Positions 47,390 to 56,707 of a stretch of 64,000 bases of DNA are shown here, piece after piece. This DNA is from Candidatus Woesebacteria bacterium (GTDB lineage: Bacteria; Patescibacteriota; Microgenomatia; UBA8517): positions 813,304-877,303 of the forward strand of contig CP055307.1 in the NCBI GenBank assembly GCA_013374835.1, read 5' to 3'. The notes below the pieces were generated by a model that did no database searches, was not told the origin of the DNA, and worked only from the letters and a program-made list of their open reading frames with translations. Positions within the stretch are counted from its first letter, which is position 1. Each line of letters begins with the position of its first letter. The translations under genes were made by a program, and so were the position numbers.

Positions 47390-47416
47390 CACCATGGAAT
47401 TGACTCGACATTAGTC

Positions 47417-47860
47417 ATGGCATCAGAAAATAATTTTCTACTAAATAATGAAAGAATAAATGCGTTTCCATTTAGCGCTCTTAGTCTGAGGCTCCAAGAG
47501 CTCGGTTTTCGTGAATTTGTGAAACCTAATCATAAAATAATAACAATACCCAAGGATATAAGTTGTGAATTACCTAAACCTGCTGATTTAGAAATAAACG
47601 GTATTTCAGTTTGTACCACAACAGAAGAGGAACTATCATCGCGTGTTATCACCCTTCCTTTAGATGCATGGAACCTTGATAATTTTGAGCCCAATGTATT
47701 TAGAAAAAATGGAATATATCAATTTAATTTTATAATAGAAGCCGAAAATTACTATCTTAAATTAATTTCTCATGATCCTTCTTTCCCAAGAGATTCACTT
47801 TGTTTTTCTATTAACAAACAGCAAATAATTCTTTTACCCATTGTGATATCCAACTATTAA
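47417..47860 (+). CDS. hypothetical protein
   Basis: The track ORF began with GTG inside the tRNA. The first ATG, at 47417 and downstream of the tRNA, was taken as the start. A 1-nt gap separates it from the next gene. Confidence 0.5.
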   Translation: MASENNFLLNNERINAFPFSALSLRLQELGFREFVKPNHKIITIPKDISCELPKPADLEINGISVCTTTEEELSSRVITLPLDAWNLDNFEPNVFRKNGIYQFNFIIEAENYYLKLISHDPSFPRDSLCFSINKQQIILLPIVISNY

Positions 47861-47861
47861 A

Positions 47862-48560
47862 ATGAGCATTTCCATAGAAAGAGCTGAAAATAATAAATTC
47901 GATTCTATTGATCGCGAAGAGGCAAGATGTATATTAGGAACCACCTCTTCAACCAATAGAATCGAATTTACTACATACGAAAATAAGGTAGTAATTAAAA
48001 AGGTATTTGCCCGAAAGGATGGAGAAAAATATGCATCAAATGAAGCATGCATACTAAGGCACCTTGCAGAAAAAACTTATAGAACTAATGTTGTTTTTCC
48101 TAGACTCGCTAAAGATGATATCATCTGGGACGAGGAAGGTAACCCCTGTTTGTATATAGCACCCGAACCTAAATATACTCCATTTTCAGCCGATAAGTCT
48201 ATCAAGCTTGAACTAGATGGCAAGACTGCACCCATAAAATTACAGAATTGTTTTAAAGCTATTTGTGTCATGCATACTAAGTATAGTGTACTTCATAATG
48301 ATCTTCATCTTGATAATATTGGTTTTTTACCACCTTATACTGGATCTTCCTTAATAAGAAACATGATTATTGACTTTGATCAATCAGAAAAATGCAATTA
48401 TTTGACCCCAAGAGAAATTACAAAAGATTTATTTATATTCACCAAAAACCTTTTAGCTATTTGCGAAGAAGAAAAAAGTGCAAAACAACGGATACGCGAA
48501 ATAGTTTTAATAACCTACCACGATTTAATTGATGTTGATACACTCTTTAATCAATTATAA
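47862..48560 (+). CDS. small protein-kinase-like fold protein (APH/ChoK/Kdo-kinase-like)
   Basis: VVIKKVF with a beta3-Lys candidate; catalytic-loop-like VLHNDLHLDNIGF (HxDLHxxN); metal-binding-like IIDFDQS. Confidence 0.55.
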   Translation: MSISIERAENNKFDSIDREEARCILGTTSSTNRIEFTTYENKVVIKKVFARKDGEKYASNEACILRHLAEKTYRTNVVFPRLAKDDIIWDEEGNPCLYIAPEPKYTPFSADKSIKLELDGKTAPIKLQNCFKAICVMHTKYSVLHNDLHLDNIGFLPPYTGSSLIRNMIIDFDQSEKCNYLTPREITKDLFIFTKNLLAICEEEKSAKQRIREIVLITYHDLIDVDTLFNQL

Positions 48561-48635
48561 ACAATACCACTATTTGACAGAGATCTTGAGATAATTCTAT
48601 TCTGAATGTAGAAAAATGTTTCTTAAAGCAAGGGG

Positions 48636-49034
48636 GTGAGGAAAGTGGATAAAAAATTTTGTATAAAGTTTATCGGATACTGGACGCTTAATGCCCTTGT
48701 CTTGTCGCTTGCCGACTCGCTCTTCCCCGATATGTTTGAGCTGGGTAATGAATACATTACTACCCCATCTGCTGCAGTGTTTTCGGGATTTTTTTTAACT
48801 GTGCTTCTATTTATGGCAAAGGGGTTGGCAAAGACTTTTAATTTAAATAAAAAAGGCAGATACGCAATGTTTCTTTATTATTGGTTGGCGGCCAGTGCCG
48901 GGATTTGGCTTACCGCAAGAGCGGCTGATGTAAGCGGGTTCGGAGTTTCTCGTTTTACTTGGGCTTTGGCTTGCGGTTTTGCAATATCTTTTTCAAACTG
49001 GCTTGCCCGACAGGCGTTTAAGGGAATTAACTAG
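48636..49034 (+). CDS. hypothetical 4-TM membrane protein
   Basis: Four predicted hydrophobic helices. Same strand as the kinase-like gene. Confidence 0.5.
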   Translation: MRKVDKKFCIKFIGYWTLNALVLSLADSLFPDMFELGNEYITTPSAAVFSGFFLTVLLFMAKGLAKTFNLNKKGRYAMFLYYWLAASAGIWLTARAADVSGFGVSRFTWALACGFAISFSNWLARQAFKGIN

Positions 49035-49082
49035 GCAAGAATTGTAGAATTGTAAGGTATTCATTAGTGATGCTTTTTGATA

Positions 49083-49613
49083 TTACTGTTTTATCTTTAG
49101 GATAGCTGGTTTTAGATTTATCCAAAGGTAATCGCGTTCGCCCATGCGCGCCGCGCTTTTTGCAAGTGGAATTATCTCAACTTCACTCTTATCACCTATT
49201 ACTTTAAATTTAAACGAAGCGAGCGTTTTTGCACCCTCAACAATCTCTCCATTAAAAGCCATTCCATAGCTTACTTTGATTAATCCGAGAGAATTATCTA
49301 TTTTTTCTTCGAGTTTGTTTGTTTTACTCCAGATTGTGCCTTCGCGAACAGACACCAGCTCGAGTGTTTTTGGATCAAAACTTATAGTAAATGCTACTGC
49401 GTGGAGAAAAGAGTTTTTTCCGACTCCCTTTTTAAGGGATATTGTAAGCGAATTGGTCTCCCCTTTTTGCCAGGCTTTTTCGTGCCCGCTAAAAACCGCA
49501 TCAAAGTCATTTTCTGAATCATTGTTTTTTGAAGAAAAAGTAAAATAAACGAAAATAGAAAATGCGATAATCGCTATTCCAATCAAAAAAATTTTTATCC
49601 GAATTTTTGGCAT
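49083..49613 (-). CDS. signal-anchored protein with cohesin-like beta-sandwich domain
   Basis: N-terminal anchor, then ...HAVAFTISFDPKTLELVSV...GLIKVSYGMAF...ASFKFKVIG, a cohesin-like sequence pattern. Confidence 0.45.
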   Translation of the reverse strand: MPKIRIKIFLIGIAIIAFSIFVYFTFSSKNNDSENDFDAVFSGHEKAWQKGETNSLTISLKKGVGKNSFLHAVAFTISFDPKTLELVSVREGTIWSKTNKLEEKIDNSLGLIKVSYGMAFNGEIVEGAKTLASFKFKVIGDKSEVEIIPLAKSAARMGERDYLWINLKPAILKIKQ

Positions 49614-50792
49614 TTATAAAGAAGTGCCGAAATTTTCAAAAAGTATTATATAATCCAGAAGGTTGATCTTGCCATCTGTATTCAGATCCGCATTGGGATA
49701 GGCTGACGATTCTTTACTAAAATATTCAAGAAGAAGTGTGTAGTCAAGAATATCAACTTTGCCGTCTCTATTTATATCGCCCGGAATAATTCCGCCCGGA
49801 GTCGGGCTCGGGCTTAATGAAGGACTGGGCGAGCCTGTAGCACCCGATACGAAAACTTCAGCCGGCAAGGCTTCTTTCAGCACGTTTTGTTGCCCTTGAC
49901 CGTAGGCTACTGCGATTGTCTGCTGATTTATAAACGATAAGCTGGACTGACCACTTTTTATCGCCGTGAAGGTGAAGGCTGCAATGTTCCCTTGCTCTTT
50001 GATATTGTGATTTTCAGGAGGAAGAATTTGAGTATAGTGGATTGTGCCCGCTTCGGTATTAACATTGGGGCCTACAATATCCGGATTTTGGAAGTAATCA
50101 AGCGCATCTATTTTTTCAAAGCGAAGTATATTGGGATCGTACTTTATAAACATTTCGACTCCTACCAAATCTACTCCCCCACTATTTACCCAGGCATAAA
50201 TTCTAACTTCGTCGCCCACATTGTATCTGGATTTATCAGGGCTTAAACGCAAAGATACAAACGTGTTATAAATATTTAGGCTTAAAAATGAATATTTTGT
50301 AATTACATTGACACTTCCTTCCCCTACTGCTACTGCCAATGTTTTTCCTTCGTTTAGACTAATATTTGTGTTTCCGGTTTTTAGGGTCTTAAAAGTAATT
50401 TGGGCTATAGTTCCACTTCCAGTAACAGGCGTATCGTTTGGCTTTACTATAAGCGTATAAAAAATCTCCCCCGATTCAATTCTTGGACCTATTACATCCG
50501 CCGACTGCATAAAAGCACCCTTTGAAACTACCGTAGGCTCAAGAAATTCCGGATCGAAATCAATATACAGCTCTGCTCCTACAACATTGTTTTCGCCTGT
50601 TTCCATGTTCACAGAGAGAGTGTATTCCTCGTTGAGCCTAACTGCTTTGTCACCTACCAAAGAAAGCTGTGTTGCCGGGGCCGTTTTTTTGGTGGTTATT
50701 TGAGTTTTTTGACTTAAGAAAACCGCTGAAACAATTCCTAAAATGATAAATAAGATAAAAATTATGAAAAGAGCCTTATTTCCAATCTTCAT
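49614..50792 (-). CDS. signal-anchored protein with two cohesin-like domains and a C-terminal type-I dockerin-like module
   Basis: Two roughly 140-aa repeats (AELYIDFDPEFLEP...; VEMFIKYDPNILRF...). C-terminal GDINRDGKVDILDYTLLLEYF and ADLNTDGKINLLDYIILFENFG match the DxNxDGxxxxxD calcium-loop repeats. Confidence 0.6.
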   Translation of the reverse strand: MKIGNKALFIIFILFIILGIVSAVFLSQKTQITTKKTAPATQLSLVGDKAVRLNEEYTLSVNMETGENNVVGAELYIDFDPEFLEPTVVSKGAFMQSADVIGPRIESGEIFYTLIVKPNDTPVTGSGTIAQITFKTLKTGNTNISLNEGKTLAVAVGEGSVNVITKYSFLSLNIYNTFVSLRLSPDKSRYNVGDEVRIYAWVNSGGVDLVGVEMFIKYDPNILRFEKIDALDYFQNPDIVGPNVNTEAGTIHYTQILPPENHNIKEQGNIAAFTFTAIKSGQSSLSFINQQTIAVAYGQGQQNVLKEALPAEVFVSGATGSPSPSLSPSPTPGGIIPGDINRDGKVDILDYTLLLEYFSKESSAYPNADLNTDGKINLLDYIILFENFGTSL

Positions 50793-50794
50793 AT

Positions 50795-51505
50795 TTAATT
50801 AAAACGTTTCCCAAAATTTTCTAAAAGGATTATATAATCGAGCAAATTCACTATGCCATCGCTATTAATATCCGCTCTGACATCGGGTGAGGGGCTAATC
50901 AAGACTCCTGAAACCACAGTCACCGAAGCGTTTTGAGGCGAGATGATAAGATTTCTTTGGCTTGGATCGGTATTAAGGCTTACTACCTGCATAGAATTTG
51001 TGACGAAAGAGAGACTGCTTGAATTAATGGAAGCAATGCCTCTAAGTGTAAAACTTGCCACTTCAAAATTTCCCGATGGAGCGCTTGAGAATTTATCGGA
51101 AGGGACAACAAAGACGGCGTAAAACTTGCCACTTGAGTTAGCTTCTGCCGGAGTACTAACCAGGCTTTCTCCACTGGTTTTTTGAGGAATTACAAAATTC
51201 TCCGAAGGAGTTATACTAACTAAATTGAGTGCGTTTTTATCAAATTCGACATCAACACGCACAAAAAATATTTTTTCGTTTTGAACTGAGGAATTAAGCA
51301 TTATTTTGTATTGCTGGTTTTGATTTTGAGAAAGCACAGATGTTTGTGGAGTGATGCTTAGAGTTGCTGTTGCAGCTGCTTCTGACTGTCTTGTTTCTTT
51401 TGATTTTTGTACTGAAACTAAGGCTACAACCAGTGACACGATAAAAAAGAAGATAAGAAGCACACCCAGAAGATAATGCGGCTTAATCTTTTTAAAATTT
51501 GCCAT
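50795..51505 (-). CDS. signal-anchored protein with C-terminal dockerin-like repeat
   Basis: N-terminal TM anchor, a beta-rich middle, and C-terminal ADINSDGIVNLLDYIILLENFG. Confidence 0.5.
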   Translation of the reverse strand: MANFKKIKPHYLLGVLLIFFFIVSLVVALVSVQKSKETRQSEAAATATLSITPQTSVLSQNQNQQYKIMLNSSVQNEKIFFVRVDVEFDKNALNLVSITPSENFVIPQKTSGESLVSTPAEANSSGKFYAVFVVPSDKFSSAPSGNFEVASFTLRGIASINSSSLSFVTNSMQVVSLNTDPSQRNLIISPQNASVTVVSGVLISPSPDVRADINSDGIVNLLDYIILLENFGKRFN

Positions 51506-51661
51506 ATAGAACTAGATTAATCATATACCAAAATAATTTTGGGAAGCAAAAAAGCCAATTTAGGGAATGATTTTTAAAGCATAATTTGCTAAAATTGGCT
51601 TTAGGTGATGACTCTATGAAAAACATCTTTGTTGCTTTGATGAAAGGAGGCGAAATTATAA

Positions 51662-51853
51662 ATGGTCGTCGTCAAGAAGAAAAAAGGAGAATCAGACGAA
51701 AAATTAATTGCGAGGTTTCGAAAAAAAGTAATTTCTTCCGGGATTATCCCAGAATTTAGGGACCGGGAAAGATACAAAAAAAAATCTGAAGAGCGTGCCG
51801 AGAGAAAAAAAAGAGTCAGATTTCAGATTGAGCTTGAGAAAAGAAAGAACTGA
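51662..51853 (+). CDS. rpsU: 30S ribosomal protein S21
   Basis: 63-aa basic protein with the S21-like pattern (KLIARFRKKV...IPEFRDRERYKKKSEERAERKKR). Confidence 0.8.
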   Translation: MVVVKKKKGESDEKLIARFRKKVISSGIIPEFRDRERYKKKSEERAERKKRVRFQIELEKRKN

Positions 51854-52520
51854 TAAACTGCTTTCTATGTTCTTTTGATGCGCCAAAGCGAATGATTGCT
51901 TCTTTATGGGATTTGGTACCGTATCCTTTGTTTTTATCCCATTCATAAATTTTTAGTGTTTTTTGTTTTGAAAGAAATGTCATTGTTGCGTCCCTTTCCA
52001 CTTTGGCAATTATTGATGCGGCAGCGATTGAGATTGATTTTTGATCTCCCTTGATAATGGGAGTTTGATTTTTTTTGCCTATTCCATTGATATAAGGAAC
52101 GTAAAAGGCATCAAGAAGTAAATGGATAATGGTTGATGACTGATGATTAATAGCGCGGCGGAAAGCTTTTTGGGTTGCTTTTACAATGCCTTTTTGGTTT
52201 ATTGTCTTAACGTCGGACTCTCCTATTGCCCACAAAAGAGCATTTTGCTTTATCCAGAGGCTTGCTTCTTCCCTTTTTCGCGGGGAAAGAAGCTTTGAAT
52301 CATTAATTTCCACTTCGAGCTTTGTTTTAGGCTTAAATACTACAAATCCTGCCATTACGGGACCTGCGAGAGCACCTCTACCTACCTCATCCGCCCCCCC
52401 AACTAAGAGCCCTTTTTCCCAAAATTTTGATTCGTAGCTAAAGTCGGGCAGACTTTTTCCTTTTCTTTTCCCATTCATCCTTGTAATTTTGAGGATAATA
52501 CTCAAAAATTGCGTTAGCAA
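51816..52520 (-). CDS. rnhB: ribonuclease HII
   Basis: GADEVGRGALAGPV catalytic DEVGRG motif. Confidence 0.85.
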   Translation of the reverse strand: MLTQFLSIILKITRMNGKRKGKSLPDFSYESKFWEKGLLVGGADEVGRGALAGPVMAGFVVFKPKTKLEVEINDSKLLSPRKREEASLWIKQNALLWAIGESDVKTINQKGIVKATQKAFRRAINHQSSTIIHLLLDAFYVPYINGIGKKNQTPIIKGDQKSISIAAASIIAKVERDATMTFLSKQKTLKIYEWDKNKGYGTKSHKEAIIRFGASKEHRKQFISSFFSQAQSEI

Positions 52521-52875
52521 GAGTTTCTATTATGCTTTTTACTTGAGCATCTTTCAAACTAGCTAAAGCTAAAGCTGCCATTATCTTTGGGTTTGTCAAA
52601 ACCATGTGTCTTGCTAAATCTTCGTGTGTTACTCCATTAATCTTCATTCGCAAACAGGCCGTTTGAAGCGTCACTGGGTTATCAGGCGCAAGATTAGTCC
52701 AATAATCTGCCTGATCCGCTGAGCTTACGTCTAAATTAAAAGCAATAGGAATAAAATGAGTATATATTTTTTTATACTCATCGCTGTTTATATCGATTGG
52801 ATTTATTTTTCTTTTTTTTTCTACCCGCCTAACAGCAGTACTTGCTCGATGCAGCCTCTCTGTTTTACTAGACAT
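52438..52875 (-). CDS. hypothetical protein
   Basis: ORF overlapping the rnhB start by about 80 nt. No motif. The real start may be internal. Confidence 0.35.
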   Translation of the reverse strand: MSSKTERLHRASTAVRRVEKKRKINPIDINSDEYKKIYTHFIPIAFNLDVSSADQADYWTNLAPDNPVTLQTACLRMKINGVTHEDLARHMVLTNPKIMAALALASLKDAQVKSIIETLANAIFEYYPQNYKDEWEKKRKKSARL

Positions 52876-52953
52876 ATTTTGATATATTATACCTTATTTG
52901 TTCTACCCTCTTTTTGTTGTGATTTTTACTTAAATGTTATAAAATAGCTAACT

Positions 52954-53139
52954 GTGAAAGCAGTGATTGGCTATTTAAAGGAAGTTAAGGGTGAGCTTGA
53001 CAGAGTTGATTGGCCAAAAAAGGATGAGGTTGTTAGGCTTACTGCCATAGTTTTTCTGGTTTCAGCTATTGTAGGCGCATATCTTGGTGGACTTGATATA
53101 GCCTTTACAAAATTGATTGAGCTAATAATTGCAAAATAA
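52954..53139 (+). CDS. secE: preprotein translocase subunit SecE
   Basis: 61-aa single-TM protein with ELxxVxWP ([11 protein letters not shown]) directly upstream of nusG. Confidence 0.85.
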   Translation: MKAVIGYLKEVKGELDRVDWPKKDEVVRLTAIVFLVSAIVGAYLGGLDIAFTKLIELIIAK

Positions 53140-53144
53140 GATAT

Positions 53145-53768
53145 ATGGATACAGATCAGAATAAAAAAGAAGAAAGCGTTTACGAAAAAGGCACGGGAAA
53201 GAAAAAAATTCCCGGACATATTGTAGTTAGCAAAACTTCGGATGAAAATGCCAAGTGGTATGTTGTGCACACTGCAAGCGGACATGAAGTAAGAGTTGCC
53301 GAAACTTTAAGGCAGAGAGTTGAATCTATGAATTTAAAAGAGCGGATTTTTGAACTTCTTGTGCCTACTCAGGATAGGGTGATAGTAAGGGGAGGCAAAA
53401 AGGCAAATATAAAGGAAAAAATTTTCCCGGGGTATTTACTTGTAAAAATGATATTGGATGATAATAGCTGGCTTGCTGTAAGGACAACTCCGGGGATAAC
53501 GGGATTTGTGGGAATTGGAAATCAGCCCACACCCCTTTCCGAAAGCGAGGTTTCAAATATCCAAAAGTTTATTTCCTCTCCCGCTCCGAGATTCAAAACG
53601 AGGCTTTCTGTGGGTGAAGCTGTCAAAATTACGGACGGGCCTTTTAGTGATTTTCTCGGGACAATAAACGAAGTTGATGAGGAAAAAGGAAAGGTAAAAG
53701 TGCTTATTTCTATTTTTGGAAGAGAGACCCCCGTTGAACTTGACTTTCTTCAGGTAACGAAGGTCTGA
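53145..53768 (+). CDS. nusG: transcription termination/antitermination factor NusG
   Basis: NGN domain [12 protein letters not shown] and C-terminal KOW ([18 protein letters not shown]). Confidence 0.9.
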   Translation: MDTDQNKKEESVYEKGTGKKKIPGHIVVSKTSDENAKWYVVHTASGHEVRVAETLRQRVESMNLKERIFELLVPTQDRVIVRGGKKANIKEKIFPGYLLVKMILDDNSWLAVRTTPGITGFVGIGNQPTPLSESEVSNIQKFISSPAPRFKTRLSVGEAVKITDGPFSDFLGTINEVDEEKGKVKVLISIFGRETPVELDFLQVTKV

Positions 53769-53780
53769 ACTGTTAAAAAA

Positions 53781-54920
53781 TTATTTTTTAGTTAGAATTA
53801 ATACGTAGCTTCTTCTATCAAAAGTGTTTTTAATATTAATTCCAGGATGTAATATTTTATCAATTTCTGAATAATCCAATTTTTTGATCTCGAATCCTAG
53901 AAGTTTTGATATTTGTTCAATCGCTTCAGGATTGGAATTTTCTGGTGTTACTGTTTCTAGAATAATCAATCTACCCCCTGTTTTAAGAAGTATATAAGCT
54001 TTTTCTAGAATTGCCTCAGGATCAATTGTGTCTTTGTCTGTTAATCCGCGTTTTATAATATATCTTTGACCTGTTGAGCCAAAAACGTCCTTTGCCAGTA
54101 AAAGATCAACTGAGCCTGGTGATATTGTAGAATCATCAATATTCCTAAAATCAGCAGTTATTGGTATTTCGTTTTCATGGTAAGTTAATCTTGAAAGATC
54201 TTCTGCTCTTTCCGGATTTCTTTCTATAAGATACATGGTATCTCTATTCACATCGATAAATTCTGGATTCAAAAAAATAAGCGAATTATTTGTACCAGCG
54301 CCGATATCAACCGCTATTCTTCTTTGCCCGGACTCATCTTCTTTGCTTTTATCAACATCTGCTCTTTTTTTGAAAACAAATGCTATGTTATCTTCTCCCG
54401 TAGCCGCTTCTAAGCCTTCATCAAATATTTTGTTGACTTCGTAACCTTTATACTTTTCTTCAAGTTCAAAACCTGCAGCTATGTAACTTTTTTCAATTTC
54501 ATCGGCCAGTTTGTTTGAATCTTGATTGATGGGAATTGCTGTTTCAAGCACAACGACTTTGCCTCCCTGAGATGCAACCCGATAACTTTCAGATGCAATA
54601 GAACTAATATTAATATCAAAAAATTGTCCGCTAAAACTGCCATCAGGCCTTAGAGTGTTTAGTTCTCTTGAACTAAACAAGTCTTTTGAAAAAATTAGTT
54701 TTGTAGATTCATCACGTAAAGGCATTCTAGATCCGTCGGCTATAACTGGTATTAAGTTGGTATCTTTATAGTGTTTTGATAAACCTTCTAGCCAGATCGG
54801 GTCTTTTTCAAGAAGAACTGCTCTATCTGTTTTCCAATTGAATAAATCTAGCCGCAGGCTCTCGATATTTGACGTAACTCTGGGACCAATTTCTACAGCG
54901 AGAGTATCGGGGCTATCCAT
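53781..54920 (-). CDS. protein with two tandem class-I SAM-methyltransferase-like halves
   Basis: Half 1: LAVEIGPR, IADGSRMPL, GKVVVLE. Half 2: IAVDIGAGT, ITADFRNI, GGRLIILE. Confidence 0.5.
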   Translation of the reverse strand: MDSPDTLAVEIGPRVTSNIESLRLDLFNWKTDRAVLLEKDPIWLEGLSKHYKDTNLIPVIADGSRMPLRDESTKLIFSKDLFSSRELNTLRPDGSFSGQFFDINISSIASESYRVASQGGKVVVLETAIPINQDSNKLADEIEKSYIAAGFELEEKYKGYEVNKIFDEGLEAATGEDNIAFVFKKRADVDKSKEDESGQRRIAVDIGAGTNNSLIFLNPEFIDVNRDTMYLIERNPERAEDLSRLTYHENEIPITADFRNIDDSTISPGSVDLLLAKDVFGSTGQRYIIKRGLTDKDTIDPEAILEKAYILLKTGGRLIILETVTPENSNPEAIEQISKLLGFEIKKLDYSEIDKILHPGINIKNTFDRRSYVLILTKK

Positions 54921-54955
54921 TGTTAAATTATAATAAAATTCTTATATTACAAAAA

Positions 54956-55216
54956 TTAGGAGTTATCGATATTGGTATTTTCGTCATCAAATGATAGGTA
55001 ATATGCTTCAATTTGTGCTTCTATGTGTCTCATTCCCCTGCTTTGTACTCTTTCCTTGCCACAAGACATCGCTAGATCAGGTCTTTCAGAATCTTCCAAA
55101 CTACGAAGCTTTAGACCACAATCTTGTGGAAGATGTTTTTTTGATCTATCAGTTTCAATTTCTGCCGCAATTTGGCTTAACTCACTAGCAAGGGATCTAT
55201 ATGGTCTATCTATCAT
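54956..55216 (-). CDS. hypothetical small protein
   Basis: ORF only. Confidence 0.3.
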   Translation of the reverse strand: MIDRPYRSLASELSQIAAEIETDRSKKHLPQDCGLKLRSLEDSERPDLAMSCGKERVQSRGMRHIEAQIEAYYLSFDDENTNIDNS

Positions 55217-55249
55217 AAGAACGAGATTATAGTAGCATGTTTACTTAAA

Positions 55250-55492
55250 TTATCCAATAAATATTTCCGGTGGAGTGAAGCCATTTAGATACTCAAGCCT
55301 CCTTTTGATATCCAAACGAAGCTCGTCAATTTCTTCACAGCCTCGCGCATAGTTATCCAAAACAGATAGTATATAGGCAAGTTGGTCTTCGGGATAGTCC
55401 TGTATCAACTTCCTTAGATTACATCCACGACCTTCTGCTTGTTTGCACTCACCTTTTGCAACACAAGCATGAATACATCCTCGTTCGAGCAT
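55250..55492 (-). CDS. hypothetical small Cys-rich protein
   Basis: CIHACVAKGECKQAEGRGCNL...ARGCEE. Diverges from rplK. Confidence 0.4.
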   Translation of the reverse strand: MLERGCIHACVAKGECKQAEGRGCNLRKLIQDYPEDQLAYILSVLDNYARGCEEIDELRLDIKRRLEYLNGFTPPEIFIG

Positions 55493-55570
55493 AGCTCTAT
55501 TATATATCTTATAATACTAATCTTTACTTTTGACAAATAAATAGTAGAATATGAATACCTCTGGTTAAAT

Positions 55571-56005
55571 ATGGCCACAAAGAAAGTTTTAACTACAGTT
55601 AAGGTAAATCTAAAAGCTGGTGAAGCAACACCCGCTGCTCCACTAGGGCCTATTTTGGGACAACACGGCGTAGCCATTATGGACTTTGTCAAGGCTTATA
55701 ATGACAAAACAGCAGAAAAAAAGGGCCAGGTTATCCCGGCTGTTATTACTATTTATGAGGATAGAAGTTTTGATTTCGAGCTTAGGCTTGCTCCTGTTTC
55801 CGAGATGATTAAAAAGACATTAAAAATTGAAAAGGGGTCCGGGGCAACGCCAAGGGATATTGTAGGTACCTTAAGTGATTCGCAAGTTAATGAAATAGCA
55901 AGGGAAAAAATGGCGGATCTGAATACTGATAATATTGAAGCAGCGAAGCGAATTGTCGCCGGAACTGCACGGAGCATGGGGGTAAAAATCAATGGGAAAA
56001 ACTAA
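55571..56005 (+). CDS. rplK: 50S ribosomal protein L11
   Basis: KAGEATPAAPLGPILGQHGV and a KOW-like N-terminus. Confidence 0.9.
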   Translation: MATKKVLTTVKVNLKAGEATPAAPLGPILGQHGVAIMDFVKAYNDKTAEKKGQVIPAVITIYEDRSFDFELRLAPVSEMIKKTLKIEKGSGATPRDIVGTLSDSQVNEIAREKMADLNTDNIEAAKRIVAGTARSMGVKINGKN

Positions 56006-56702
56006 AACAGCAATAGTCGGAGAAACAGGAAAAGATTCAGATCTTAAAAATGCAGAACCTGTCCTTGAAAAACCAGAGGCAGAAGAAACCCAAAAATCTT
56101 ACAAAAGAGCCAAAAAGGAGCGAGGAAAAAGATATAAGGAAATGAAATCCAAAATAGATAAAAACAAGCTTTATTCAATTAAAGACGCTTTAAAGCTTAT
56201 TAAGGAAACACACCTTGCAAAGTTTGACGGTACAGTAGAGCTTCATATAAAAACAAAAAAAGAGGATATCCAGATCAATCTTGAATTACCGCATTCCACA
56301 GGAAAAGAAAAACGCATTGAATTAGCAAATGAATCAACAATAAAAAAACTTGAATCGGGAAAAATAGATTTTGATATACTTCTAGCAACGGCCGAATTTA
56401 TGCCTAAATTGGTGCCTTTTGCAAAAATTTTGGGTCCACGTGGACTTATGCCAAATCCCAAAAATAAAACCCTAATAAAAACCGAAAAAGAAGCAGAATC
56501 TTTTTCCGCAAAAAGCGTGACAATAAAGACGGAAAAGAAGCAGCCTGTTATCCACACCACAGTCGGCAAGCTTTCAATGGACCCAACTAAAATTGCTGAA
56601 AATATAAAGGCAATATTTGACGCTATCGGCGTTAAAAACATAGATCGCGCGCATGTTTGCGCCAGCATGTCTCCTTCTGTGAAGATTGATCTGAATAGTT
56701 GA
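55992..56702 (+). CDS. rplA: 50S ribosomal protein L1
   Basis: KFDGTVELHIK and ILGPRGLMPNPK motifs. Confidence 0.9.
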   Translation: MGKTKTAIVGETGKDSDLKNAEPVLEKPEAEETQKSYKRAKKERGKRYKEMKSKIDKNKLYSIKDALKLIKETHLAKFDGTVELHIKTKKEDIQINLELPHSTGKEKRIELANESTIKKLESGKIDFDILLATAEFMPKLVPFAKILGPRGLMPNPKNKTLIKTEKEAESFSAKSVTIKTEKKQPVIHTTVGKLSMDPTKIAENIKAIFDAIGVKNIDRAHVCASMSPSVKIDLNS

Positions 56703-56707
56703 GAAAT

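Noticed and set aside
47385-47394. CACCA after tRNA-Trp read as an encoded CCA
   Set aside because: The acceptor stem pairing fixes G47389 as the discriminator. The following CAC-CA is coincidental, so no encoded CCA is claimed.
47175-47411. 78-aa minus-strand ORF, and the GTG-initiated N-terminal extension of 47333-47860
   Set aside because: Both overlap tRNA-Trp (47319-47389). The plus-strand gene more plausibly starts at the first ATG, 47417.
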